DNA of 63,349 nucleotides, filler included, from Albugo candida (taxonomy: Eukaryota), in NCBI GenBank assembly GCA_040437565.1. It is 56 parts of 56 records of this genome, joined end to end, with 100 filler letters (N's around TTAATTAATTAA, not from the genome) between each part and the next. Parts side by side here need not be neighbours in the genome. Positions count along the whole stretch, not along the records: positions 1 to 1,059 come from JBDOQK010000704.1; positions 1,160 to 2,215 come from JBDOQK010000705.1; positions 2,316 to 3,370 come from JBDOQK010000706.1; positions 3,471 to 4,521 come from JBDOQK010000707.1; positions 4,622 to 5,671 come from JBDOQK010000708.1; positions 5,772 to 6,821 come from JBDOQK010000709.1; positions 6,922 to 7,971 come from JBDOQK010000710.1; positions 8,072 to 9,121 come from JBDOQK010000711.1; 48 more parts are not named here. The stretch is one strand, 5' to 3'. Shown here one piece after another: positions 1 through 10,270 of the stretch. Under the pieces are notes generated by a model. The model was not told the DNA's origin. It searched no databases and saw only the letters and a list, made by a program, of their open reading frames with translations. The translations under genes and the position numbers were made by a program. Every line of letters starts with the position of its first letter. The first letter of the stretch is position 1.

Positions 1-65
1 AAGGGAGAGAAAAAAGAACAAAAGAACAAGAAGGAAAAGCAGAAACAACAGCAGACACACAGATA

Positions 66-775
66 TCAAAACGCGCTTTTCAAAGAATGCTTGATGAATT
101 GCTACAGAAAAAAATATTAGTGAATCGGTGTTGATGTTGTTAAATACTTCGACTTACATTGAATTTTTTAAGGGAAGAAAACATGTTTACTGCACGAGGA
201 AAGTCTCCACTATTTTCTGGGAAGAAAAAGTGACATACTTCTACCATCCTAAAAATTTCATCTTCTGCAAACATCATGTAACAAGAGGCAGAACATCCTA
301 GCAAAGTACTTTGTTGTTAAAATATGTTTACAGGCTTTGAATGTATCATTAACTAACCATCTATTTGCATTCCATATAAGTACTGGCTTTGGAAAATACC
401 TCCTTTATTTTCCAAAGCAGCTTTCAACCCACGGGCGATCTTCAACAAGTCCTCATTAGGATCATGTTTCATTGACTGGCAAGATTTAGCTTCAATTAAC
501 AAGAAAGGCTGATTTGTATTCTTGAATCTGAGTCCACTATCAGCCTTCTTCTGCTTATTCTTGCCTTTATTCTTACCACCCGTTTCAATATAAAAACAAT
601 TACTATATAATAGTGCTTTAGTCCATTAAAATGATTATTATTATAAGCTGAATAAACCTACTCTTCAACATCGACAATGTTATTTTCTGGGTACGTGTGA
701 AGGAAAAAAAGCTTCAGGATGGGAACTACGATTTGACTCATGTATTGTGACTCCTTAAGGTTTTTTACTTCACGT
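66..775 (-). CDS. Spliced fungal hypothetical protein with a PD-(D/E)XK nuclease-like motif (5' part uncertain)
   Basis: Exons joined at GT..AG give ...ESQYMSQIVVPILKLFF...KKADSGLRFKNTNQPFLLIEAK...EDLLKIARGLK...YGMQID...QFIKHSLKSAF*. The D...EAK spacing fits restriction-endonuclease-fold proteins. Confidence 0.5.
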
Positions 776-1059
776 CTGTGAAATTTAAGATAAAATAATA
801 ATAATAAAAAAAAAAGAAATAAAATAGAAAGGAACTTCAAGAATAAGTTGAGACTGTTTAAGAGTGTTTATTCAGTTGAAGTAAGTTGGGATTCTTACTT
901 CTAAAATAATGAAAGGTTTATATAGTTATTTTATCTGTTGTTTGTATATAATACTTGTATCGTTCTCTCCTTTTAATTAAATTGAATCATGAAACTGTTG
1001 TACAGTTATGATATAGGGAGTAAAAGAAATAAAGTTATATTGTTACATTGAATACCACA

Positions 1060-1159
1060 NNNNNNNNNNNNNNNNNNNNNNNNNNNNNNNNNNNNNNNNN
1101 NNNTTAATTAATTAANNNNNNNNNNNNNNNNNNNNNNNNNNNNNNNNNNNNNNNNNNNN
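1060..1159. other. Artificial contig linker (44 N + TTAATTAATTAA + 44 N); first of 55 identical linkers in the window
   Basis: An identical 100-nt spacer recurs about every 1.1 kb. The 12-mer gives stops in all six frames, and flanking contig lengths decrease monotonically. Confidence 0.98.
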
Positions 1160-1990
1160 TTGTGCATTTTAAAAATGTCACCTAATGTGGGAGTATTCAA
1201 TGTCTCTCTTCTCCAAGTTTTACTTATACTACGATCAATTATACAGTCTTCTTTAAGCATGGTGCGGATGTAAAGAAGCTTCCAAGATTCATGTAAAAAT
1301 GGAACAAGATCATCGATGCAAAGAGGTATAGTTACAGAAAAAAGATTGACAACAGTATAAAAGGAATCTTCCACAAGTTGAGCTTTGAAAAAATACAATT
1401 AATACGTTGCCTTTTAATATACGTTAGTATTAAGTTATGACTGTAAGTAAATATATACTTACCAACACCTTGATATAAGATTACATTTTTGACATCAGTG
1501 CCAAGAATGTCTTTTGCAAAAATACATCATTTGTATTTGTCATATAATACACCAAGACTGTTCAATTGGTAGTATTCACTACTTTTACTTCACCAGCCAA
1601 TTTTGTATACGTAAAATCATTGATACTAATACTAGAGACAATGGAGTTTGGTTTTTTAATACTTGAGGTGCTGTGGCTACTTCTTTCATTTAAATTCATT
1701 TCACCGTTTCTGAATTTTATAATATTCTGAGCAGAAAAGAAAAGGTTCAAGACAGGATCAATAAAAGCGGTTCTCAACTCTTGTTCTTTATAATCATGAT
1801 TCCTTCTTTTACGTGGCAAATCATTAAGTCTAATATAAATATGGTCAGTAAACTTTGTTGTCAAAAATCTAGTAAAGTGTACCTACAAATACTTTATAAC
1901 TCTAATCACAATCAAACTGTCTTCATCTTTTTCTTTCATGCACTCCAATTCCAACTCCAACAACTTTTCTTGTTCTCCTATAGTAAATAA
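1160..1990 (-). pseudogene. Degenerate PD-(D/E)XK-like fungal gene
   Basis: EQELRTAFIDPVLNLFFS...KKPNSIVS...LAGEVK is followed by a frameshift and an in-frame TGA (YDKYK*CIFAKD). GT-AG intron remnants are present. Confidence 0.45.
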
Positions 1991-2944
1991 AAACTTATAA
2001 TCAGTAAATAATTAACCCAGAGGAGTAAAACATATTATAGCTTACTTCTTTTAATAAATCAACACACTCAAGGTACCCGTTGCGTTTTTCGGTTTTTTTA
2101 TGCTTTTTAAATATTTTTTTCTAATGACCTCAAGTTTGGTTCAGTAAGTGCAGCTAATAGTGATGATAATAATGAAGAACACGTTGTTTGATCAATTAAA
2201 ACTTGCTAAGTAATCNNNNNNNNNNNNNNNNNNNNNNNNNNNNNNNNNNNNNNNNNNNNTTAATTAATTAANNNNNNNNNNNNNNNNNNNNNNNNNNNNN
2301 NNNNNNNNNNNNNNNAGCTGTTTGTTATCAGGTAAATACATCACTTACACATTTTGATTAAACAAATTTTTAACATTCAATTGCTACAGATTACAGTTAA
2401 AAGGTACCTCTACGATTGAAAGACAACTGCTCCTTCTGCATGGCTTCTTAAAAGGATATCAAAATGTATGATGATGATCTTAAGTCTCACGTTATACAAT
2501 ATCTACTCTAAAGTATTCTTTTGGTTCAAATTCTGCTACATTCTACAAGACATGTTCTCTTTATAATGCTTAAAATATGCTTCAAGAAGACCATGTGCCC
2601 CTAAATATTATATGCTTCCAAGACCAAGGCAATAACATTCCTAAAATGAGGCTAACAAGATCAACTTGACGCAAAGTGTAATTCACTAATCAAATACTCG
2701 AGTAAGAAATTATGTAATGACTTTGATACCCAAGAAGAAGTTGGATGAGTCCCTTGTGTATTTAATTATCAGAAGAAAGCAAGTCAATGTATATTCGCTT
2801 ACAAGACAAGCAAGAATAAACAGTATCAAAATTAGGTGATCTCCTATGAGCTTAACTAAATTACTCTACTGGTTTTGCATTCTTTTTCTTAATTTCAAGT
2901 CGTACTCAAGCTACCTTTCATGTATTCCTCTAAAAATATCTTAG

Positions 2945-3370
2945 GTTTTTCAAGTAGTTCAAGTCTTTCAAGTCTTTCAAGTCTTTCAAGTAGTTATTCA
3001 CGTCTCTCAAGCAGTTATTCGCGTCTCTCAAGCAGTTATTCGCGTCTCTCAAGCAGTTATTCGCGTCTCTCAAGCAGTTATTCGCGTCTCTCAAGCAGTT
3101 ACTCGCGTCTTTCAAGCAGTTGTTCACGACTTTCAAGCAGTTGTTCAAGTCTTTCAAGCAGTTGTTCACGACTTTCAAGCAGTTGTTCAAGTCTTTCAAG
3201 CAGTTGTTCAAGTCTTTCAAGCAGTTGTTCACGACTTTCAAGCAGTTGTTCACGACTTTCGAGTAATTGTTCACGACTTTCAAGTAACTGTTCGCGTCTT
3301 TTAAGTAATTGTTCAAGTCTTTCAAGTAATTGTTCAAGTCTTTCAAGTAGTTGTTCGCGTGTTTCAAGTA
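2945..3370 (-). repeat. 21-bp tandem repeat (consensus CTTGAACAACTGCTTGAAAGA) encoding a LEQLLER-type heptad; 3' part
   Basis: About 20 units are visible, and the repeat is the same as at 16105-16415. Six units carry TAA in place of CAA. Confidence 0.9.
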
Positions 3371-3470
3371 NNNNNNNNNNNNNNNNNNNNNNNNNNNNNN
3401 NNNNNNNNNNNNNNTTAATTAATTAANNNNNNNNNNNNNNNNNNNNNNNNNNNNNNNNNNNNNNNNNNNN

Positions 3471-3506
3471 GCTCAACGCGCCTAGGACGACAACGCGCTT
3501 GGTCAT
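3471..3506 (-). CDS. Start of a short-chain dehydrogenase (DprE2-like), truncated by the contig end
   Basis: MTKRVVVLGALS is a Rossmann-type start. It has an ATGA overlap with the stop of the upstream FAD oxidase. Confidence 0.6.
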
Positions 3507-4521
3507 GACATCACTCGCTTCCAGAAATCCGATTGCATCGCGGGGTCGATCTGCGGAAGAAACCGCTCGATTAGCGGATAGCCGGCGCGGAACATCGCGG
3601 GCGACATCCGCGCATCCTTTGCCGGGTACAGCCGGCCCCGCGCCTCTGTGACGATGCGATCGAGCGTGTCGAGCAGCGCCAGCGTCGCCGCGCCGCGATT
3701 GCGGAAGTCGAGCGCGAGCGTCCACCCGGCTTGCGGAAAGGACAGTAGGCCCGCCGCGGGGCGGTCGCCAAAGGCTTTCAACACGGCGAGGAACGACCCC
3801 TCGCCCGACGCCGAGATCGTCTCGAGCAGCGCGCGGAGCGGCGCACGGCCGGCCGCTGCCGGGATGACGCACTGATATTGGAAAAAGCCGCGCCGACCAT
3901 AGAGCCGGTTCCAGCCGCGGATCGCATCGAGCGGATAAAAGACGCGGCTATAGTGTGCGTGGCTACGGCCCTGCCGCAGCGCCCCGGCGCGATAATAGGC
4001 GCGATTGAACAGTTTGAGCGTCACCGGATTGAGCGCACCGTCGACGCGGTCGGTCAGCATGGCGAGCGTCGCCGGTCGGTGCGGGATCCGCAGGTCGTCG
4101 TCCTCGCACCAATCCGCGGTTCCGACGATCCCGCGCCCGAGCGACGCGCCGCGCGCGGTGCAATCGACCCAGGCGACGGTGTGCTCGTGCCGCGCGACGC
4201 CGCGCTCGATCGCGTCGCACACCGCGTCGAGGCCGGCGCACGCGACCGTTTCGAGCGCGAGACGGGTCGAGCGGATCCGCTGCAATTGCAGCTCGACCTC
4301 GATGATGATCCCCGTCAGCCCCAGCCCCCCGATCGTCGCGGCGAACAGATCGGCGTTACGCTCGGGCGTCGCCTCGACCCGCCCGTCGGAGCGCGCGATG
4401 ACCAGGCGACGGACATGATGGCCGAACGTCCCTGCACGCGTGTGGTTCTTGCCGTGCACGTCGTTCGCGACCGCACCCCCGATCGTGACGTAGCGCGTCC
4501 CCGGCGTGACCGCGACGAACC
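3503..4521 (-). CDS. Bacterial FAD-binding oxidoreductase, DprE1-like (5' truncated)
   Basis: Motifs VTPGTRYVTIGGAVANDVHGKNH, TIGGLGLTGII, FYPLD..WNRLYGRRGFFQYQ, SFLAVLK, LSFP..GWTLALDF, GRLYPAKD and SDFWKRV. Very high GC, no introns. Confidence 0.88.
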
Positions 4522-4621
4522 NNNNNNNNNNNNNNNNNNNNNNNNNNNNNNNNNNNNNNNNNNNNTTAATTAATTAANNNNNNNNNNNNNNNNNNNNNNN
4601 NNNNNNNNNNNNNNNNNNNNN

Positions 4622-5671
4622 GAAGAGCGCGGTTCCCACGTATCCTGCTCGGGTGGAAACCCGAGCCAACGTACACGATACTTGCGCGCGGTTGGAACCG
4701 CGCGCTCATGGTGTCGCGACGATGTCGTTTCACGACGAGGGTCCTCGTGACCCAGTAAACGCTCCACAATCCAGCGCTTCTGGCCTTCCGCGTCCACAAG
4801 CGGTGGTGGACCCTCACGATGGTACTGCTGGCGTCCTGGTTGCCCAGGACGATGTAGATGCGGCTGTGAACAAGGCTGTCGATGCCCAGCTGGAGGCTGA
4901 AGCTGCCCTTGACCGAGCTGCGCGGGCTGAGAGAACAGCGAACGAGATTCGACAGTCGAACCGCGAGCTGCTTGAACGGATGCGGAACCTGGAACGCCAG
5001 GTTCTTGGGCACGCGCAGGCTGGGACGCAGCCGCGTCCGATGTCGCTGGTGCGTCGAGCAAGGCGAGAGGGAAGGTCGACCTATGAGCCTTTGACTCCGA
5101 GGACGGAGCCAACCCGTGAAGCGTAGCTGGACGGTACTCCTTGAGCCGCCCGACGTAAAACGTCGGGTGAAGTCGCAGTGACGAAGGGATGGCCAGTGTG
5201 TATGCGTCGCCGATTGCCTTGAGTACCGTGAATGGTCCGATGAAACGTGGCGCGAGTTTGCTCGCGCCTAGATTGGTTACTGCTGAATCTCGTAGGCCTT
5301 CGGTAGATAACAATACACGATCACCTTTCTTGAATGTACTCGTGTTCTTTCTTCCACGTTTGTCTGCATTCGCTTTCTGTTTATCCACTGCAGATCGAAG
5401 AGTATCGCGTACAAACCTCGTGATGGCTTGACGTTGGAGTATAAACTCTGACACAGCCATGTCATCAATTGGTCGCGCCGATTCAATCGGCGCGTAGTTA
5501 GCTTTAGGGTTTCGCATACTCGAAGAAGGGTCGATCAGCGTCTGTGTAGTCCATTGAGCTATCGGGGACGCCACGTCACGTGGCGTCGAAACAGAAGACT
5601 TCGCCTTGGAATGGTTGACAACATTCGCGCTCAGAATACCGTGAGCTTCACTCGATCGTTGTTTATCGTTA
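4622..5671 (-). mobile_element. Ty3/Gypsy (chromovirus-type) pol C-terminus: end of integrase, SH3-like GPF/Y module and chromodomain; oomycete-like
   Basis: FKKGDRVLLST, KLAPRFIGPFTVL, AYTLAIP..LRLHPTFYVGRLK; chromodomain WIVERLLGH...YRVRWLGFPPEQDTWEP. Confidence 0.92.
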
Positions 5672-5771
5672 NNNNNNNNNNNNNNNNNNNNNNNNNNNNN
5701 NNNNNNNNNNNNNNNTTAATTAATTAANNNNNNNNNNNNNNNNNNNNNNNNNNNNNNNNNNNNNNNNNNNN

Positions 5772-5977
5772 TCCTCTTTCTTCTCTCGCAGACTTTTATC
5801 TTCTTGGTTCACTTGTTTGTCCATTAAAAAGTATAATCTTTCTAAACCTAACCTCATACCTAATTTATGCAATGGATCTACATTTATATCCCTTGGAGTC
5901 AAACCAAATAAGGCCTCATACGGGGAGATACCCAAAGATTTGTGTAATTTAGTTCTATACGCATACAACATAGGTGT
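5772..5977 (-). mobile_element. Gypsy integrase core fragment, interrupted
   Basis: LYAYRTKLHKSLGISPYEALFG matches the typical integrase C-terminal core motif. Confidence 0.75.
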
Positions 5978-6419
5978 TGTGATCACAGGTAAATATCCTC
6001 ATATTACCTAATCACCTCAATTCTATAAACGTCCTCATCCATCTTATCTTAACTCAACTTGCAATTAATAATCATTATCCTTAATCTACCTTAATCTCTT
6101 GGCTAAGTCTTACTTTGACAACTTACGATTGTAGACTAAACTCGGGTATAAGTAATTAAGTAATCAGTTACATGTATAAACATATATCCCGGATCATTAC
6201 ATCCAATAGATCATACATTATCCCGGAACCTTTAACTCAGATGCACAATAGAGTTATGTTACTGGTACCTGACAATAGATAACAATCATGTCGCCTCTTA
6301 GATTACTTTGACAGAACAATAAGAACATTATAATTTAATACCCAGCATTTGTATATAAGAGAAGATATTTTTATTAATAAAGACAATTAGAATATTTTTG
6401 CGTGCTGATTTACTTCACA
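5978..6419 (+). mobile_element. Putative LTR (TGTGA...TCACA termini)
   Basis: 5-bp inverted ends and internal TATATAA and AATAAA. It begins where integrase similarity stops. No target-site duplication (TSD) or primer-binding site was seen. Confidence 0.4.
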
Positions 6420-6821
6420 GTTTTTTATTTTTATTTTTGTAATTCACCTAACGGCAAATTACAACAAAATTCATTATACTTACAGCGCTGGGCTTCAGTA
6501 GCAACTACGTCTTCCATGTCTTCAACGTCAGAAAACAACACAGGGACTAGGGGTGCTCACGAGCCGGCTCGTGGCATTTTTTTTGAGCTCGTGAACCGTA
6601 AATTTAAGGTTTTTACTGCTTAAAATCTAGGCTCGCGGCCTTTTTTTGAGCTCGTTAACCGCAAATCAAAGCTCGCGAGCACCCCTAGTTATGTTACTGG
6701 TACCTGACAATAGATAACAATCATGTCGCCTCTTAGATTACTTTGACAGAACAATAAGAACATTATAATTTAATACCCAGCATTTGTATATAAGAGAAGA
6801 TATTTTTATTAATAAAGACAA
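6252..6821. repeat. 135-bp direct duplication (6252-6386 and 6687-6821)
   Basis: AGTTATGTTACTGG...AATAAAGACAA occurs twice, identical by inspection. The second copy runs to the contig end. Confidence 0.93.
6547..6688. mobile_element. MITE-like element with 18-bp terminal inverted repeats (TIRs)
   Basis: CTAGGGGTGCTCACGAGC ... GCTCGCGAGCACCCCTAG match at 17/18. There is an internal degenerate direct repeat of about 37 bp. Confidence 0.7.
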
Positions 6822-6921
6822 NNNNNNNNNNNNNNNNNNNNNNNNNNNNNNNNNNNNNNNNNNNNTTAATTAATTAANNNNNNNNNNNNNNNNNNNNNNN
6901 NNNNNNNNNNNNNNNNNNNNN

Positions 6922-7971
6922 AACAAGATCCCACTCAAAATGATACGATGGTAACAAGACCTCGTGTTACGTTTATTAGTAATTGTATTCAATCTGCTAA
7001 TTCTGTGAATCCATACTCAAAAATCCTAACTCCATCTGGCTCTAAATTGGAAGATAGAAAAATCGTTGCCCGTAATGGTACCCACGCTGATACTGCCCTC
7101 AACTCGAGAATGTACAAGTTCAAAGCAGATTCTAGATCTCAGCAGGTTAACAAAGATCCTATGGATCAGTTAACCGAGAGAATTAAAGAATTAGCCTTAA
7201 ACTACATACAGCCCTCAATAGTTGATAATGTTGACTGTGACACCAACACGCAATACGAAACCTATTATCCTAATAGATCTAATGATGTACCTGATTCGGT
7301 CAACGATGGTATTTTTTTGTAAAAATGAGTTACTCAAGGACGTAAGAAAGGTTTTCAAGGCGGAACTGAAAAATTTTGAATCTGCGTTTATTAATAATAA
7401 TAAGAAATCTTATCCTAACTATAATAACTATGATGAGGCTGATAATGGTTACGAAAACGATAATAGAAATAATGCTAGAAATAGTAATTATCCTCGTAAT
7501 AATAATTCAAACACCTCCTACAACTCCAACTACACCAGAAATAATCATGGCCGTACTGCATCCTATAACAATTCTAATGTTTCTAAGAATGAACGTGGTG
7601 CCCCTCGTAATGCTCAAGCTCAATACGGAAATAGAAATGATTATGGGTCTCATCGTAATAACTATCAATATTCGAATGAAGATGTCCGATCCTCGGGAAA
7701 CCATAACAATGATAATTATAGTAATAATAATAATAATGGTTACTCAAGATACTCTGGTTATCCAAGCTACAATAATGGTGAGTCATTTAGACCTTCAAAT
7801 TATCAAGCTGGTTATAGTAATCCTTCAAATGGTGGTTACAATAACAATTATCGTTATAATGGTCATCAACAAAATAGTAATCAAGGACCTTCTGACGTTT
7901 CTCAAAATGATAATCGTAATAATAATCAAACTTCAAAAAACTAGATGGGACAATTGAGAATAAAAATTCTA
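6922..7971 (+). mobile_element. Probable retrotransposon gag C-terminus (Asn-rich) with gag/pol junction
   Basis: DPMDQLTERIKELALNY helix, a long N/Y/G-rich tail, and the end TCA AAA AAC TAG with the -1 frame open to the contig end. There is an internal frame break at the T7 run 7312-7318. Confidence 0.55.
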
Positions 7972-8071
7972 NNNNNNNNNNNNNNNNNNNNNNNNNNNNN
8001 NNNNNNNNNNNNNNNTTAATTAATTAANNNNNNNNNNNNNNNNNNNNNNNNNNNNNNNNNNNNNNNNNNNN

Positions 8072-9121
8072 CTTCAAAAGTCATTCTACGAGAGGGTTCA
8101 GCAGCAAAATCATCATCATTTATTATAGGGTCTATAAATTGAGAAACATCATTTTGTTCCATAAAATCAGCAAATGCATCATCTAAAGCTTCAGCTCGAG
8201 TAGGCTTTTTTCTTTTAGAAGGTAATTTCAATGTAGACGCTTTTGAGGGTAGCACTAGTTTTGTTTGAGTTTTAGGTTTAAGTTTTGGTATTGAAAAATC
8301 AATTTCTTTGTCAGGAAACAAAATACGATTCTCCATTTTTTCAACAAGTTGAACCAACTGTAGTGTTCTACTTGAATGTGATACACGGCGCGTTGGTTTT
8401 GCAACTGTTTGTAAAGGGACATATTTGTTTAAACTTTTCGTTAAGGATTTTACTGGCCAATATCGATTCATAGCTTGAGATAAATTTTTAAATAAATTAA
8501 CATCATCACACACACTACGTACAAACTGTCTTTCCGTAGCTTCATTCATGATACCATCCGAAGTAACATTTGCACTTGCTGCTACAGTAGTCCTTCTTCT
8601 TTTCTTGATATCGCTTAATACATATGTTCCAATATCAAGCTTTTTTCTACAAATCGCAGGTCTGTAATTAGGGGGGATAATAGAAGGGTCTGATTTAAAG
8701 TAATTTAAATGAACACCTTGACTGATCAACTTTTGAACACGAGAATAGGTTTCTTTTGCTTGAGTGAATTTCTTTTCTTCTGATTCTGTCATCAACATGA
8801 TACATTTACCCTGCCGTTTACGACCTGTTCTACCCATTCTTTGCAACTGTTAATAAAGTATTGTTAGTATTCGATACTCTATCATCTTGATTTTTTATCA
8901 TTTTACCATTCGAATAGGAGATGACTGCGAATCATAACAGATGATTAAATCAACTTCACCGATATCCAAACCTTCTTCACCAATACTTGTTGCTACAAGG
9001 ACATTAAATTCGTCACGCTTGAATTTTTGAATAACCTAAGATAAAATAAAATGGTTATTAAAACGTACTAAGCTATGGTTTTATAATTAGTATATATACC
9101 TCTTGTTGTTCAAATTGTTTG
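8072..9121 (-). CDS. MPH1: Mph1/FANCM-family DNA helicase, C-terminal helicase domain (fragment; introns 8847-8906 and 9036-9099)
   Basis: Spliced [47 protein letters not shown] (SF2 motifs V-VI with the FANCM/Mph1 signature). Confidence 0.88.
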
Positions 9122-9221
9122 NNNNNNNNNNNNNNNNNNNNNNNNNNNNNNNNNNNNNNNNNNNNTTAATTAATTAANNNNNNNNNNNNNNNNNNNNNNN
9201 NNNNNNNNNNNNNNNNNNNNN

Positions 9222-10270
9222 GATTCGATCCGTGTCTCTACATCATGACTTCGGAAGGCCATTGTGTTTTCGTGCTGGTCTACGTGGACGATGTCTTGGT
9301 GACTGGAAGCTCGCTCGAGATGATTGCGCGCACCAAGAACGACCTCAAGACACGCTTCGAGATGACGGACAGCGGCAAGTGTGCCTTTGTTCTTGGGATC
9401 GAGTTATTGGACGGTGAAGATGGCAGCGTGACTATGTGTCAGCGCCGTTATGTCGACGATGTCCTCAAGCGCTTTGGAATGGATGAGTGCAAGGCTGTGG
9501 CAAGTCCGGTGGACGTCAGCCATCGACTGGTTCCGAGCAACTCTGCAAGCAAGGTGGATGTCCCATTCCGTGAAGCAGTGGGTGCTTTGATGCATCTGAC
9601 GACTGCAACGCGACCGGACATCGCCTATGCTGTGAGCTTTGTGTCACGGTTCATGGAGAACCCCCAAGAAGAACACTGGGTTGCAGTCAAGCGCATCTTC
9701 CGCTACCTACAAGGCACCAAGATGCATGGAATCTGCTACAAGCCAAGTGCGAAGATCGACTTTCGTGGCTATTCAGATGCAGACTGGGCCGGTGACCTTG
9801 CTGATCGCAAGTCGACGTCCGGCTACGTCTTCATGCTATTGGGTGCTCCGGTGAGTTGGGGCAGCAAGAAACAGCCAAGTGTGCCACTGTCTACAAGCGA
9901 AGCGGAGTACATCGCGCTCAGCCTGGCGATCCAAGAAGGCAAGTGGATCAATCGCTTGCTGTGCGAAATCATGGCGGCTGCAAACGAAGAAGGACCCGAG
10001 CTCATGATCCGTGAAGACAACCAGTCGTGCATCAAGATGACGAAGAATCCGGTCAACCACGGCCGCGCTAAACACATCGACATCAAGTACCATCACATCC
10101 GTGATGAAGTCAAGCGCGGCGAAGTGAAGCTTGAATACTGCGAGACGACGTTGATGTTGGCGGACATCATGACGAAGGGACTTCACGGACCGCGTCACAA
10201 GGACTTGACGGCGGCGCTTGGCATCCGTGCGTGTTCGGATTGAGGGGGCGTATTGAGGGTTACCGGTACA
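9222..10270 (+). mobile_element. Ty1/Copia pol, RT-RNase H end, followed by polypurine tract and LTR start
   Basis: YVDD, TRPDIAYAV, YSDADWAGD, RKSTSG, STSEAEY, KHIDIKYH, ADIMTKGL. Stop at 10243, with GAGGGGGCG overlapping and following it. Confidence 0.95.

Noticed and set aside
2920..3426. Ser-rich (+) and NNYLKD (-) ORFs over the 21-bp repeat
   Set aside because: The unit-to-unit substitutions that are synonymous in the LEQLLER frame are mostly non-synonymous in the NNYLKD frame. The Ser-rich ORF is the antisense reading of the same repeat.
3423..4573. Multiple Arg/Ala-rich overlapping ORFs on the DprE1-like contig (likewise at 14905-16056, 29733-30786 and 61270-62301)
   Set aside because: Shadow ORFs expected in high-GC coding DNA; no protein-like signal.
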